64,000 nucleotides of DNA, from positions 2,528,001-2,592,000 of the forward strand of contig CAXXIA010000002.1 in NCBI GenBank assembly GCA_963666985.2, read 5' to 3'. The notes below the pieces were generated by a model. That model was given only the letters and a program-made list of their open reading frames with translations, made no database searches and had not been told where the DNA came from. Shown piece by piece: positions 20,400-29,641 of this stretch; position 1 is the stretch's first letter; every line of letters begins with the position of its first letter. A program made the position numbers and the translations under genes. The stretch comes from Spirochaetia bacterium (lineage in GTDB: Bacteria; Spirochaetota; Spirochaetia; DSM-2461).

Positions 20400-22547
20400 C
20401 TAAAAGCCTCCCGCTTTCCGGAGCATCTCAATAAAGTCCATCGCACTCTGCATGTCTTCGGCCTGAACCGTCAGATGATCGATATGGATGATATTGTTTC
20501 CACCGGAGTGTCCGCCTTCTTTTGAGGATTGAAAAATGTTGTTTACAGACCGTTTAAAGATGCCTTCCGGAGGAATTAAAATATTACTTAAATCAACGGA
20601 AGAACCTTGTCTTTCTGCTCCGGCACTAAAGGTAGTTATCAAGGAGGAACCGGCGGCCGTCAGCCTCGATAACGGTCCTTTCTTGGCATCGCTATGAGGG
20701 AAGTATGCATCGGCGGCGGCAGCTGCTGTGTACGCGGATTGCTCAATGGCCGGACGGGCGGAATCCATACCTTCGGCCATCGTATAAACCGCAGCCGATC
20801 CCGAATCCTTACCATCGAAGAGTTTCCCCAGAACCGGGATCTTGGCAAGTTTCTCTTTAATCCAATCAACCCCTCCCGTGAAGATTGCCTTAATCCCATC
20901 CCATAGATTTTTGATCCACTCTAATCCCGCAGAAAATGGCGCTTTGATTTTTTCCCAAAGCATCCCGGCCTTTTCGCTGATAACATCCCAGTGCTTAATA
21001 AGCAAAACCCCGACAGCAATCACTGCGGCGACGGCGGCGACAATCAGTAGTATCGGGCCAAGAGTCGCCCAATTCGCGGCCGCCATGGCATACAGTTTCG
21101 GAACGGCCGCTACTGCATTCTTTCCCATTCCGAAAATTGCCGTTGCACCGCTCTTAATAAGCGATCCGGTTTTAGCGAAAGGCGTCGCAAGTAACGATGT
21201 CGCACTCCCCAGAAGCTTGGCATAACCTCCGGCATTGGCAGCCGCCGAAGAGAGAAGAGCAAACTGGCTTGTCAGTTGCAGGCCGGTTGAAACCGCCCCG
21301 AGTCCCGCCTGAGCGAAGACACCGACACCGCCGGCCGCCTGAACAAAGAATGAACCGACCTTTGTATCGAGGATGGCCGAAGACCAGCCCATGACCCCGG
21401 TTGCCATATCGGCCATGGACCGTTTCACAAAGTTCGAACCCTGGCCCATCTTGATCTGCCAGACAGAGGCGGCATTATTCATGCGGGCCATGCTGTCTTC
21501 AAAAGTATCCGCCTGCCGCTCGGCCATGGAGAGGGCCATACCTTGAGAGTTGGCCACCCCTTCGTACTGACCGGCTAATTTCTCCAGATTGGAACCGAGC
21601 AGGGTCACAGCTCTGACCCCTTCATCTCCAAAGGCGGACTTCAGGGCATCGGCGGACTCCAGGGAAAGCTCATCGAGCGGTCCCATCTTCGCCTGGATAT
21701 TTTCCAGAGTTTTGATGACATCAACACCGCCCTGATCGTTGAAAGCAACATCAAAATCCAATGCACCGGAGGCACTGGACATCTTGTTCATCATGGAAAC
21801 AAAGGCGGTACCGGCCATTGATCCCTGAAGTCCGGCGGTGTTCAATGCACCGATGGTCGTTGCAAGCTGAGCCGTTTCAACGCGGTACTGCTTCGCCGCC
21901 GGGATACCATACTTTAAGCCTTCGTTAAGCTGACCGAGATCGGCAATTTGAAAGGCTCCTTGAGTGGCGGCAACAATGTCGGAGAGTTCCGAAAGATCCC
22001 CGCCCAGGTTGTTGTACATCGTACCAAGCAGATTCCCGGCGGCACCGGCATCACCCATGGTGGCTTTCGCCAGAATGAGGGCTTGGCCGGTAGCATTGAT
22101 GGCATCCGCCGCATCAAGTCCGGCGGAAATCATGCTGTAGGTAACCTCTCCAAACTTCTTGGTATCGGCCGTTGCCGCCTTGGCTCCGCGTGAGGTGCTG
22201 GCAGACCACTCAAGGGAAGCCTGCTCAATGGCTTTGTAGGTTGCAGAGACATCACCGCCGATGGCGTTCTGCTCATTGAGCACCGAGTTAACGGCGGCCA
22301 TGGCCGCCTCAAGACCGGCGGCTTTTTGTGAGGGGACATCTAAAGCGGCCGAGAGACCCGCCCGAAGAGGCTCGGTCATCTGAGTCGCCATACTCAAATG
22401 AGCGGCAAGCTGGGTCATCCCATTGTCGTTATTCTTGATGTCCTCCAGAGCGGAGTTCATCCCGGCAAAGGCGGCCTTTGCCCCCTTAACCCCGCCGGAG
22501 AAACCATCAATGAAATTTAATCTGACCGATGTGATGAACTGACCCAA
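20400..22547 (-). CDS. Tail tape measure protein (TP901-type core)
   Basis: Ala/Gly-rich; GLQGSMAGTA, FGDEG, Trp/Phe periodic repeats; probable TTG start at 22547 after AAGGGA. Confidence 0.9.
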   Translation of the reverse strand: MGQFITSVRLNFIDGFSGGVKGAKAAFAGMNSALEDIKNNDNGMTQLAAHLSMATQMTEPLRAGLSAALDVPSQKAAGLEAAMAAVNSVLNEQNAIGGDVSATYKAIEQASLEWSASTSRGAKAATADTKKFGEVTYSMISAGLDAADAINATGQALILAKATMGDAGAAGNLLGTMYNNLGGDLSELSDIVAATQGAFQIADLGQLNEGLKYGIPAAKQYRVETAQLATTIGALNTAGLQGSMAGTAFVSMMNKMSSASGALDFDVAFNDQGGVDVIKTLENIQAKMGPLDELSLESADALKSAFGDEGVRAVTLLGSNLEKLAGQYEGVANSQGMALSMAERQADTFEDSMARMNNAASVWQIKMGQGSNFVKRSMADMATGVMGWSSAILDTKVGSFFVQAAGGVGVFAQAGLGAVSTGLQLTSQFALLSSAAANAGGYAKLLGSATSLLATPFAKTGSLIKSGATAIFGMGKNAVAAVPKLYAMAAANWATLGPILLIVAAVAAVIAVGVLLIKHWDVISEKAGMLWEKIKAPFSAGLEWIKNLWDGIKAIFTGGVDWIKEKLAKIPVLGKLFDGKDSGSAAVYTMAEGMDSARPAIEQSAYTAAAAADAYFPHSDAKKGPLSRLTAAGSSLITTFSAGAERQGSSVDLSNILIPPEGIFKRSVNNIFQSSKEGGHSGGNNIIHIDHLTVQAEDMQSAMDFIEMLRKAGGF

Positions 22548-22551
22548 GCTT

Positions 22552-22740
22552 TTATCCCTTAAACAAAGTGGCAAGGGCATCGATCAGGATGCCCTTTTCA
22601 ATATCCCTGACATACAAGGCTTCTTTGACTTTCCGATCCGCCTGACGTACCGTCAGGCTTGATATGTCATCTCCCAGAAAATGCTTCACCAAGAGACGGC
22701 GTTTATCGGATTTCGTTAAATCTTCTTGAGCGGAAGCACC
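22552..22740 (-). CDS. Second tail-assembly-chaperone ORF (probable -1 frameshift extension)
   Basis: Open -1 frame ...KRRLLVKHFLGDD...LATLFKG* overlapping the end of the chaperone gene; missing from the ORF track. Confidence 0.55.
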   Translation of the reverse strand, partial: GASAQEDLTKSDKRRLLVKHFLGDDISSLTVRQADRKVKEALYVRDIEKGILIDALATLFKG

Positions 22741-23081
22741 TCCTTGGTAACTCCGGATAAAGGGTTGAGGTAGCTCTGAATAAAGGTGGAAACGGCATTT
22801 TGATAATTGCCTATTTCGTCCATGATGGATTTGGGGGTAGGAGCTACGATGAGCATTTGCATTATCATCCGGTTGGCCCCGACTTGGGATTTTTCGAATT
22901 GGGAGATATAGACATTCATCTCCTCTTCTTTGGGTTCCCTGAAGACAAACTGCAAATGATGATCCTTATTATCAACATCCGTGAATTTGTAATCGGCCAG
23001 AAAGAGCTCTCCATCATGTTTGCCTTTGGCTTCGATAATCAGCTTGTCGATCTTGGTGGTTTGTTTTTCCTCATTAGCCAT
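22716..23081 (-). CDS. Tail assembly chaperone
   Basis: Between tube and TMP; FVFREP motif. Confidence 0.7.
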   Translation of the reverse strand: MANEEKQTTKIDKLIIEAKGKHDGELFLADYKFTDVDNKDHHLQFVFREPKEEEMNVYISQFEKSQVGANRMIMQMLIVAPTPKSIMDEIGNYQNAVSTFIQSYLNPLSGVTKEVLPLKKI

Positions 23082-23095
23082 TTCTTCGTTCCTTA

Positions 23096-23548
23096 TTAAA
23101 CGCGGCTGATAACCGCTTCTCCGTCATGCTTGATGGGCGCGGTTAGGGCACCTTCATATTCCCGCATCAGAGCTTTGTCGCTCTTGCTGTTGGAGAGACT
23201 TCGTTTATTGATGACAAACTCAAGGGTATCGGTCATGGCAACCTGAACCGAAGAGCCAAAGGTTACGGTCGCGGAAATGGGAAGAAGGTCGTTGTACACA
23301 CCGCCGGAGGAATTCATCTGCGTCTCGAAAACCTTGGCATCCGAGAGCGCCATCTTGAACTTCACCGTTCCCTTGTATTCACCCTCGGCAACACCGCCGG
23401 GAAGACCATTGGTTTTCGTGATTACCTCGCGGTCAACCTCGTCGTCGTAGTCGATGTTGTCCAGATACTGGGGCATTCCGCTGGGCAATACGGCCTTAAT
23501 GTGTACATAACTGTAGACCTGTCCGTTGACAGTTCCGGCTTTGCTCAT
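23096..23548 (-). CDS. Tail tube protein
   Basis: Follows sheath; VNGQVYSY, NIDYDD, GEYKG. Confidence 0.75.
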   Translation of the reverse strand: MSKAGTVNGQVYSYVHIKAVLPSGMPQYLDNIDYDDEVDREVITKTNGLPGGVAEGEYKGTVKFKMALSDAKVFETQMNSSGGVYNDLLPISATVTFGSSVQVAMTDTLEFVINKRSLSNSKSDKALMREYEGALTAPIKHDGEAVISRV

Positions 23549-23551
23549 TTA

Positions 23552-24982
23552 TCAATCCTCCTCTAATGCGGGATTCTCAAACTGAATGGTTCCGCTGATT
23601 TCCGTGAACGACCCTCTGGGAGTGACGTATACCTTCTCCGTCACAACCGGATTGGAAAGGATGTTCTGATTAATGGACATCTCGATGCGACCGGAGGATA
23701 TTTCCTTATCCTTCTGCATGATCTTCAGCTGGGCTTCGCCTGCCGCCTTAACCGCTTCAAGCTGGGGAACCGATCCGTCATCGAGAACATCAAAGTTATC
23801 CTTAATAAAGGGGAACTGAGCTTCCCGAACCAGATTCCGTGCTTTGTTGAGCACGTCAATCCGGGTGCAGATGGTGAAGTCCGATCCGTCTTCACTCATC
23901 AACGTAGAATCATTGATGTACACGCCACTCTTCCCATCGTAATAACGGAAGGTTGCATAACCGGCATCTTCCAAAGAATCGATATGCGCCGAAGGGAAGG
24001 GATTGCCGTCGGCCGTCTCGGGCATAATTCTCTCCACGCCATCCACCGCACCCAGCTTGGTGGCTCCCGGAGAGAGGGCAATGTTGATGGCGAACATCCG
24101 GCCGATAATTTTTCCAAGACCGTTCCGAATATCCACGTAACCGGAAACATCGTTCTCCTCAATCCAATGCGCACAGACCATCAGGCGAACACTCGAAACG
24201 CTTCCCCGCTCAGTGCCGATCAGAGCCGCGACATATTCATCCAGGGTTTCACCTGAAGTAATGTAGCGGGCCATAGTGGAACCGGAGATATACTTATGAC
24301 TGGCTTCAGCCGCCAACAGCTTGGCGGCAAAGGCCGACCAGAAAGCGGCCTGAGTGACGGCGGCAACCGAGATGTGACGGATCAAATAGGAAGAGGCGAT
24401 CAGATCATCTACCGCCGCCAAAAGTTCCGCGTTCGATGCCGTGGGAGCCGTACTGGTGAAGCTGAAAGAATCACCGGCGGCAAAACTGACCCGCTCGCCG
24501 GTCGGAGATCCTGCGGAAAAAGTCAGAGTAATTCCGGCCTCACTGATGAGGTAGGCTCCGCTTTCGGGAACGGTGATGATTGAGGATTGGATTCCATCCA
24601 GAGTATAGCGGAAGGTCGCTTCATTCAGACCGCCTTCACCCTCGATATCTACCGAGACATCAAAGCGGTTGTAGGGAGAGCCCGAAACGGCTAAGCCGCC
24701 GACACCGGCATTACCTGAGCCCGCCGCAACGGCGCTTAATTCTCCGGCAGTGGAAGCGGCAAGAATCCGGCAGTACACCGGTGTATCCACCAGAGAGAAG
24801 ACCTGCTCAAGGAAATCCCTGATCGGGCTTAAGCCCGCTTTGGACTCATAGTTGTCTCTGGTAGCCAAAACAATGCCACTGACGGCCGCAGCACCTACGC
24901 CGACAACGGCCAAAATCCCGTCGGCTTCGGTTACTACACCGAGCCCACCGTCTTCTATCGTCAAATCAACATCTTTCCCCAT
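23552..24982 (-). CDS. Tail sheath protein (DUF2586-like)
   Basis: IEDGGLG N-terminus; LEDAGY..RYYDG..G.Y; SDF; 476 aa. Confidence 0.85.
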   Translation of the reverse strand: MGKDVDLTIEDGGLGVVTEADGILAVVGVGAAAVSGIVLATRDNYESKAGLSPIRDFLEQVFSLVDTPVYCRILAASTAGELSAVAAGSGNAGVGGLAVSGSPYNRFDVSVDIEGEGGLNEATFRYTLDGIQSSIITVPESGAYLISEAGITLTFSAGSPTGERVSFAAGDSFSFTSTAPTASNAELLAAVDDLIASSYLIRHISVAAVTQAAFWSAFAAKLLAAEASHKYISGSTMARYITSGETLDEYVAALIGTERGSVSSVRLMVCAHWIEENDVSGYVDIRNGLGKIIGRMFAINIALSPGATKLGAVDGVERIMPETADGNPFPSAHIDSLEDAGYATFRYYDGKSGVYINDSTLMSEDGSDFTICTRIDVLNKARNLVREAQFPFIKDNFDVLDDGSVPQLEAVKAAGEAQLKIMQKDKEISSGRIEMSINQNILSNPVVTEKVYVTPRGSFTEISGTIQFENPALEED

Positions 24983-24985
24983 GGC

Positions 24986-25210
24986 TTACGCCTCCTTTCC
25001 GTTCTTGGACGTCGAAACGGCTTCAGCTTTCTCCGGCTTTTTCCGGCCGTCGGAGGGTGCGTTTAAAAAGTCTTTGACAGCCTTTTTAAATACGGTCTCG
25101 GTAACGGTTTTACCGATGCCCCATTTTTTATCGATCTTTACGGCTTCCAGAATCGCAGTATCAACTCCGTTCTTTTCAGCCAACTCTTCAATGCTTTTCT
25201 TTTCACTCAT
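24986..25210 (-). CDS. Small phage protein
   Basis: MSEKKSIEELA...; GGAG RBS; between tail completion and sheath genes. Confidence 0.6.
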   Translation of the reverse strand: MSEKKSIEELAEKNGVDTAILEAVKIDKKWGIGKTVTETVFKKAVKDFLNAPSDGRKKPEKAEAVSTSKNGKEA

Positions 25211-25709
25211 GCTCCAAATCTCCTTCAAGAGAACTAGGCTCACTCAATGGCAAACCGCTTTGAGTCAAACCGACATCCACACTGAACAGAATCCGTACGA
25301 CGCTGGAATACCGGTTATCCAGAGCCGCATCAAAGTCCGAATGCTCCTCCATCTCCGGTTCAATAAATCCTTGACGGTTATCCAGCGTGAAGAAATCCGG
25401 CAAGGCCGTAATAAAGTCGGAGAAGAGAATATCAACCTCTTCTTCACTGCGGCCGGTAATCGTGACGACCAAAGGCAGTTGCCGACGAGTTCTGACCTTA
25501 AGCAGTTTCCGCTCTTCATCAATGGTGATTACGGCCTCTCTTCCCATCGGGTCGGTGTACCGGCCGGTGCCGGTAATCATCGATGCGTAGGTGTTCTTGC
25601 CGCTGGTCTTAAGATCAACTTCCGCCTTTTTCGTGCGGGCAATAACACCTTCTGCAAGACCGGCTTCAATAAGAGCGGCGGCCGTCAAATCCTTGATTTC
25701 CTTGATCAT
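25203..25709 (-). CDS. Tail completion/terminator protein
   Basis: Synteny after the virion morphogenesis gene; ATGA overlap. Confidence 0.55.
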   Translation of the reverse strand: MIKEIKDLTAAALIEAGLAEGVIARTKKAEVDLKTSGKNTYASMITGTGRYTDPMGREAVITIDEERKLLKVRTRRQLPLVVTITGRSEEEVDILFSDFITALPDFFTLDNRQGFIEPEMEEHSDFDAALDNRYSSVVRILFSVDVGLTQSGLPLSEPSSLEGDLEHE

Positions 25710-26155
25710 GCGGCAGCCTCCAGAAGGTTCCTAACATACGGATCTCTCATCAGCTCCCTGGGCCAATCATTTGAATGCCCAAGGTATCGCCGCTCGGGAA
25801 TCTCAACACTACGATTTCTCCCGGCCTTGCCTCCCAGGTTGTGAATCCGGGCATAGATCATGCTCGATCCCACAATGGCCGCAACGCCCGTGGACTTCTC
25901 CTCGACACTTTCCTGTAAGGTGCCGCCATCATGAAGAATCGGTCCGGAGCTTCGGCCCTTCCGACTCTTGATCGAGTCCCACCGGATTCCGGTTACCGGG
26001 TTCGTTTCATCTTCAAAAGCCTGCATGCTCAAAAGGTGAAGCTCACCACCGGCAAATTTCACAAGCTTTTCAATGTCGAAAATCGAGAGCTTATCCAGAA
26101 CCCGCATAACCTCACTCATGCCCTGGATATCGACGGTGATACCGGTTCCGGCCAT
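25706..26155 (-). CDS. Virion morphogenesis protein (Mu gpG / tail S-like)
   Basis: FEDETNP.TG.W, ILHDGGTL, YARIHNLGG, IPERRYLG. Confidence 0.88.
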   Translation of the reverse strand: MAGTGITVDIQGMSEVMRVLDKLSIFDIEKLVKFAGGELHLLSMQAFEDETNPVTGIRWDSIKSRKGRSSGPILHDGGTLQESVEEKSTGVAAIVGSSMIYARIHNLGGKAGRNRSVEIPERRYLGHSNDWPRELMRDPYVRNLLEAAA

Positions 26156-26574
26156 CAGCAGAACCCTCGTACATCCATCTTTCGTCCGGTCTTGATATGG
26201 AACTTCTTTCCCGGCCGAGTACTCTTTTGGTCGGTTCCTTCAGCCGCTGTCGGGATTTGGAACTTGCCTATGGCTACGCCTTCCAGAAACCGAATAGCCG
26301 CCGCTTTTTTCGCGGCCAGCTCCTTATCGGAAGGAGCATCCGTGATGCCCCGAACAACCGCCAGATTGTAGAGGGCAATGGATACCGCATGATCTTTGAT
26401 ATGGTCAGGTACCGGAGAGAGCGGGACTGTATAGCCGCCTGAGAGCAAATAGCCGTCAATCTCGGATGAGGATGCCCTTATGGCTTTGGTGATTTTCGTC
26501 TCATCACCGCCGCTCCAGGAGTCGATCACTCCATCCCTTACGGCCGCTTCAAGGTCCGTCCTCTCGCAGTACAC
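26155..26574 (-). CDS. Head-tail connector (Mu gp36 / DUF1320)
   Basis: MYC...AS.EIDGYL...Y.VPL..VP...IA.Y.L...AIRFLE.VA.GK. Confidence 0.88.
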   Translation of the reverse strand: MYCERTDLEAAVRDGVIDSWSGGDETKITKAIRASSSEIDGYLLSGGYTVPLSPVPDHIKDHAVSIALYNLAVVRGITDAPSDKELAAKKAAAIRFLEGVAIGKFQIPTAAEGTDQKSTRPGKKFHIKTGRKMDVRGFC

Positions 26575-26588
26575 TTACCAATCCTTAC

Positions 26589-27557
26589 TTACACCAGAGA
26601 CTTCAATGAGTAGAGAAGCTCCGGAGAAACCACCCGCTCATCGGTTCTGGTGGCGACCTTTACGATCCGCTCTCCCTTCACACCGGCTTCCTTATCGTCC
26701 CAAGTGGTGACGACATAGCCCGAACCGTCGGCCTCGGAGTCTTTTACCTGGAAAGTGGAACCGGCACGATTTACAGCCAGATCGTTCTGCTTGTCATCGA
26801 CGTAGGCAAGCACCAGGCAGTTCTGCCAAATCTGAGAAAGGTCACTCATGGAGGTGCCGTTCTTGTTTTTCTTGGCAGGACCGACAATCCCGTCGGTAAC
26901 AAGAACCGTCTCGATTTCAAAAAGATCGGCGATGGTCTGAATGGTGACTCTTTTGGTGTTCTGGACTTCTCCGACGCGGCCGGTAAAATCCGAATGTCCC
27001 TGCATAACCCGCCATACATCCTTACTGATGATCATCATGTTCGGAGCAAAAAGGATGTTGTCGATGGCCGCCCGGATTTCGTCGTAAGGCTTACCGCCGC
27101 TCGAGGGCCATTTATTCCCCAATGCCGAACCGGTACCGGAAAGGGTTTTGTAACGACCGCTCTCATTTAAAACGACTTCCCGAATACGGACTTCCTGAGC
27201 CACTTCCAGCTTCCGGACCAAAGCTTGGACTTTGGTTTTCTCTTTCAGAGCGAAAGGCCCTTCCCGGTACTGCATGTCCTCGATGTCAAAACCGTCCTGC
27301 AAACCATGGGCGGCACAGGAGAGAGTCTTCTCTTCTCCTTCCATCCCAACCCGATGCGGCCGTCCGCCGTTTTTAGCCAGACTGGTATCGGGTACCACCA
27401 GGGAATCAAGGCCGAAGTAGGCATACTTATCGTCGGGTTTCTCAACCGGAACCCTGGGGAACAGCCGATGACCCACCAGCCCCTTGGCCAGTCTTTCCGA
27501 ATAATCCACCGCGAATCCGCTAAGGAGCGGATCAATATAACCTTTACTCTTGGGCAC
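26589..27557 (-). CDS. Major capsid protein
   Basis: 322 aa; IDPLLS, LFPRVPV, PN.MII; follows protease and cement genes. Confidence 0.82.
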   Translation of the reverse strand: MPKSKGYIDPLLSGFAVDYSERLAKGLVGHRLFPRVPVEKPDDKYAYFGLDSLVVPDTSLAKNGGRPHRVGMEGEEKTLSCAAHGLQDGFDIEDMQYREGPFALKEKTKVQALVRKLEVAQEVRIREVVLNESGRYKTLSGTGSALGNKWPSSGGKPYDEIRAAIDNILFAPNMMIISKDVWRVMQGHSDFTGRVGEVQNTKRVTIQTIADLFEIETVLVTDGIVGPAKKNKNGTSMSDLSQIWQNCLVLAYVDDKQNDLAVNRAGSTFQVKDSEADGSGYVVTTWDDKEAGVKGERIVKVATRTDERVVSPELLYSLKSLV

Positions 27558-27596
27558 GTTCTCTTCTCCTTCTTTTCAATTACTAACGGCCGTCAA

Positions 27597-27998
27597 TTAC
27601 TCGGAGGCCGCAGCAATCGTCATCTGCTGGATGTTGACGTTGAACTCCACGTAATCCCCGGCCACACCGTCCTGCTCGAACTGACCGAAAACCTTGTAGG
27701 TTCCCGCATCTTCCGGAAGAGCGACCATCGCTCCGGTGGCATCGGCCACATAGCCGAAATCACCGGCGGAAACGGCTCCGCCTGCAAGTACCTTGGCCGG
27801 TCCCATACGAGTTATGGGAGCCGAATCCTCAGTGTTCGGATTATCATGAATAAACTCATAATCCGCGTCGTACACACCGGCAGGGACACCGGCCCCGGCG
27901 TCTCCGGGCAGATCAACCAGGCCTTCTTCCGAACCGAAAACCACAGCCACTCCGGGCTCAAGATCAGACTCATATCGCATACTTTTCACATTGCGCAT
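27597..27998 (-). CDS. Capsid cement/decoration protein (DUF2190-like)
   Basis: AGGAVSAGD..ADATG...AGD pattern; ATG 27998 after GGAGG. Confidence 0.72.
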   Translation of the reverse strand: MRNVKSMRYESDLEPGVAVVFGSEEGLVDLPGDAGAGVPAGVYDADYEFIHDNPNTEDSAPITRMGPAKVLAGGAVSAGDFGYVADATGAMVALPEDAGTYKVFGQFEQDGVAGDYVEFNVNIQQMTIAAASE

Positions 27999-28011
27999 TC
28001 TTCTCTTCCTC

Positions 28012-28461
28012 CTACAGAATGACCGCGCCCGAATCGTCGCCTTCAAAAAGAGCAGGCTCGGCCTGATACAGCTGGCTGGCGGCATCTTCGTAGTCGATGC
28101 CCTTCTCCCGTGCGAAAGCCTGAATCCTCTGAACAAGGCCTCCGGAGAACTTCTTTTCTCCGGCACCGGCGGCTTTATGATCTGTACCGAGAGAGACAAC
28201 CGGAGCCGCGCCCTCCAGGGACGTAAAAAGAACCTCTCTGGATCTTTCTTCCATCTCAGTTACATCTTTTTCCAACTTGGCAAACTGGGCCGGGGTGATT
28301 TTTCCCTCATCCCGAAGCTTTATCAGCTTCTCTTTCGTTTCCCGATCAACCGCTTCTTTTTCAAAACCGGCAACCTTATCACCCAGGGCCTTGTTTTGAA
28401 CCTGAAGGGCCGCGTTTTGAGTTTTTAAGGTCTCAAACTCCTTCTTTTCCTCTTCCGTCAT
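28012..28461 (-). CDS. Nested in-frame scaffold protein (Mu gpZ-like)
   Basis: Internal ATG (MTEEEKK) preceded by GAGGAG; same arrangement as Mu I/Z. Confidence 0.6.
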   Translation of the reverse strand: MTEEEKKEFETLKTQNAALQVQNKALGDKVAGFEKEAVDRETKEKLIKLRDEGKITPAQFAKLEKDVTEMEERSREVLFTSLEGAAPVVSLGTDHKAAGAGEKKFSGGLVQRIQAFAREKGIDYEDAASQLYQAEPALFEGDDSGAVIL

Positions 28462-29097
28462 AGGCTCCTCTTCTTCTTCAGGCCCTTGGGGACCTTCAGG
28501 ATTATTTCCATCGGCCACCCTTTGGCCGGTATGGGCATCAATTGTTTGCGGCGCTGGGCCGGGCTTGGAACTTGCCGCACAGAAGTTCACCAGATCCTCA
28601 ACGGCCTCATTGCTGATCGGACCAAACCAGGAGAACGTCTTCTCTTCTTCCGGTGTCCTCTTGGAGAAAAGCGAAATCACCGTTTTGAAGAAGGATGGCA
28701 CCCTGGCGGCGGGGACTGCCGGAATGGATCGACCCAAAAAGGCCACCCGCCAGAGATAAGGTTCCGCTCGGTCTTCACCCTTCATTTCATCGAAAGGCAT
28801 GATTTCACTTGAGATGTATTTCAGGTTCTTGTTGATGATCCAGCTTCGAAGCTGGGGAGAGATTTCTTCATTGGGGATGTCGGCCCAGACATTACCGAAC
28901 TCATCCATGGATAAAGATTCAACCCAGCAATAGGCCAGTTCGTTTTCAATCCGCTCGGTAAAGTTTTCAATATGGCCTACCACGCCGGGAGCCTGAACGA
29001 ACCCAATCGGATCATAGACGTCCACAAGCTTTTTGACGCGCGGAAGCGGCCAGCTCCCTTGAGGATATTCACCGACCTGAAAGACCTTGATAATCAT
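28012..29097 (-). CDS. Prohead protease/scaffold (Mu gpI-like)
   Basis: VFQVGEY, VGH, YISSE, VAFLG..PAV; C-terminal coiled coil. Confidence 0.85.
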   Translation of the reverse strand: MIIKVFQVGEYPQGSWPLPRVKKLVDVYDPIGFVQAPGVVGHIENFTERIENELAYCWVESLSMDEFGNVWADIPNEEISPQLRSWIINKNLKYISSEIMPFDEMKGEDRAEPYLWRVAFLGRSIPAVPAARVPSFFKTVISLFSKRTPEEEKTFSWFGPISNEAVEDLVNFCAASSKPGPAPQTIDAHTGQRVADGNNPEGPQGPEEEEEPMTEEEKKEFETLKTQNAALQVQNKALGDKVAGFEKEAVDRETKEKLIKLRDEGKITPAQFAKLEKDVTEMEERSREVLFTSLEGAAPVVSLGTDHKAAGAGEKKFSGGLVQRIQAFAREKGIDYEDAASQLYQAEPALFEGDDSGAVIL

Positions 29098-29121
29098 GAG
29101 CGCATGATGCGGCGCATCACA

Positions 29122-29149
29122 TGAAGTTATGAATTGAAATAATTCAAAA
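29122..29149 (-). promoter_or_regulatory. Late-promoter activator motif, copy 1
   Basis: TTTTGAATTATTTCAATTCATAACTTCA on the minus strand; identical copy at 33873-33900. Confidence 0.75.
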
Positions 29150-29278
29150 TCTCATCCGATCCGGTACGGTGTAACCGACTTATGGATGGGAGGCTTTGGA
29201 TAGGGGCTTAAAATCCCACCAGCTGATTTAAATGGCGTTTAAATTCTTACTTCCCGTGAAAGACGGCAAGTTATAGGG

Positions 29279-29306
29279 AAAAAGAAAGCGGCCCCGTAGA
29301 GGGCCG
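29279..29306 (-). terminator. Rho-independent terminator after the lysis-linked operon
   Basis: CGGCCC-TCTACG-GGGCCG followed by CTTTCTTTTT on the minus strand. Confidence 0.65.
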
Positions 29307-29432
29307 TTATTGCGGTCGTTTATTCCGACTGCTTTGTACGGTGGTTTCCTCATCGCCGTCATCCGCTATTTTGAACAGACACCAAGCAAGAAACAGTACG
29401 ATGAAATAGATGATCAATCCGACTTTAATCAT
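29307..29432 (-). CDS. 41-aa single-TM phage protein
   Basis: MIKVGLIIYFIVLFLAWCLFKIADD...; ATGA overlap with the upstream gene. Confidence 0.55.
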   Translation of the reverse strand: MIKVGLIIYFIVLFLAWCLFKIADDGDEETTVQSSRNKRPQ

Positions 29433-29641
29433 ATCAACTCCAGTTGTCGAACTCTCTCTTCAAACATGGCCGTCAGGCTGACACTCTCGCCGTTCACCAA
29501 ACCGAAATACTCACCCGATGTCAGCACCGGTGATAAATTTCCTGAAAACACCGGAATAAGATTTCCGGTTTTGAGCCAATAAAAACGGGCGAGTATCCCT
29601 AAGATGGAGTAACCATACACCCATCGAAAAGGACACTGCCC

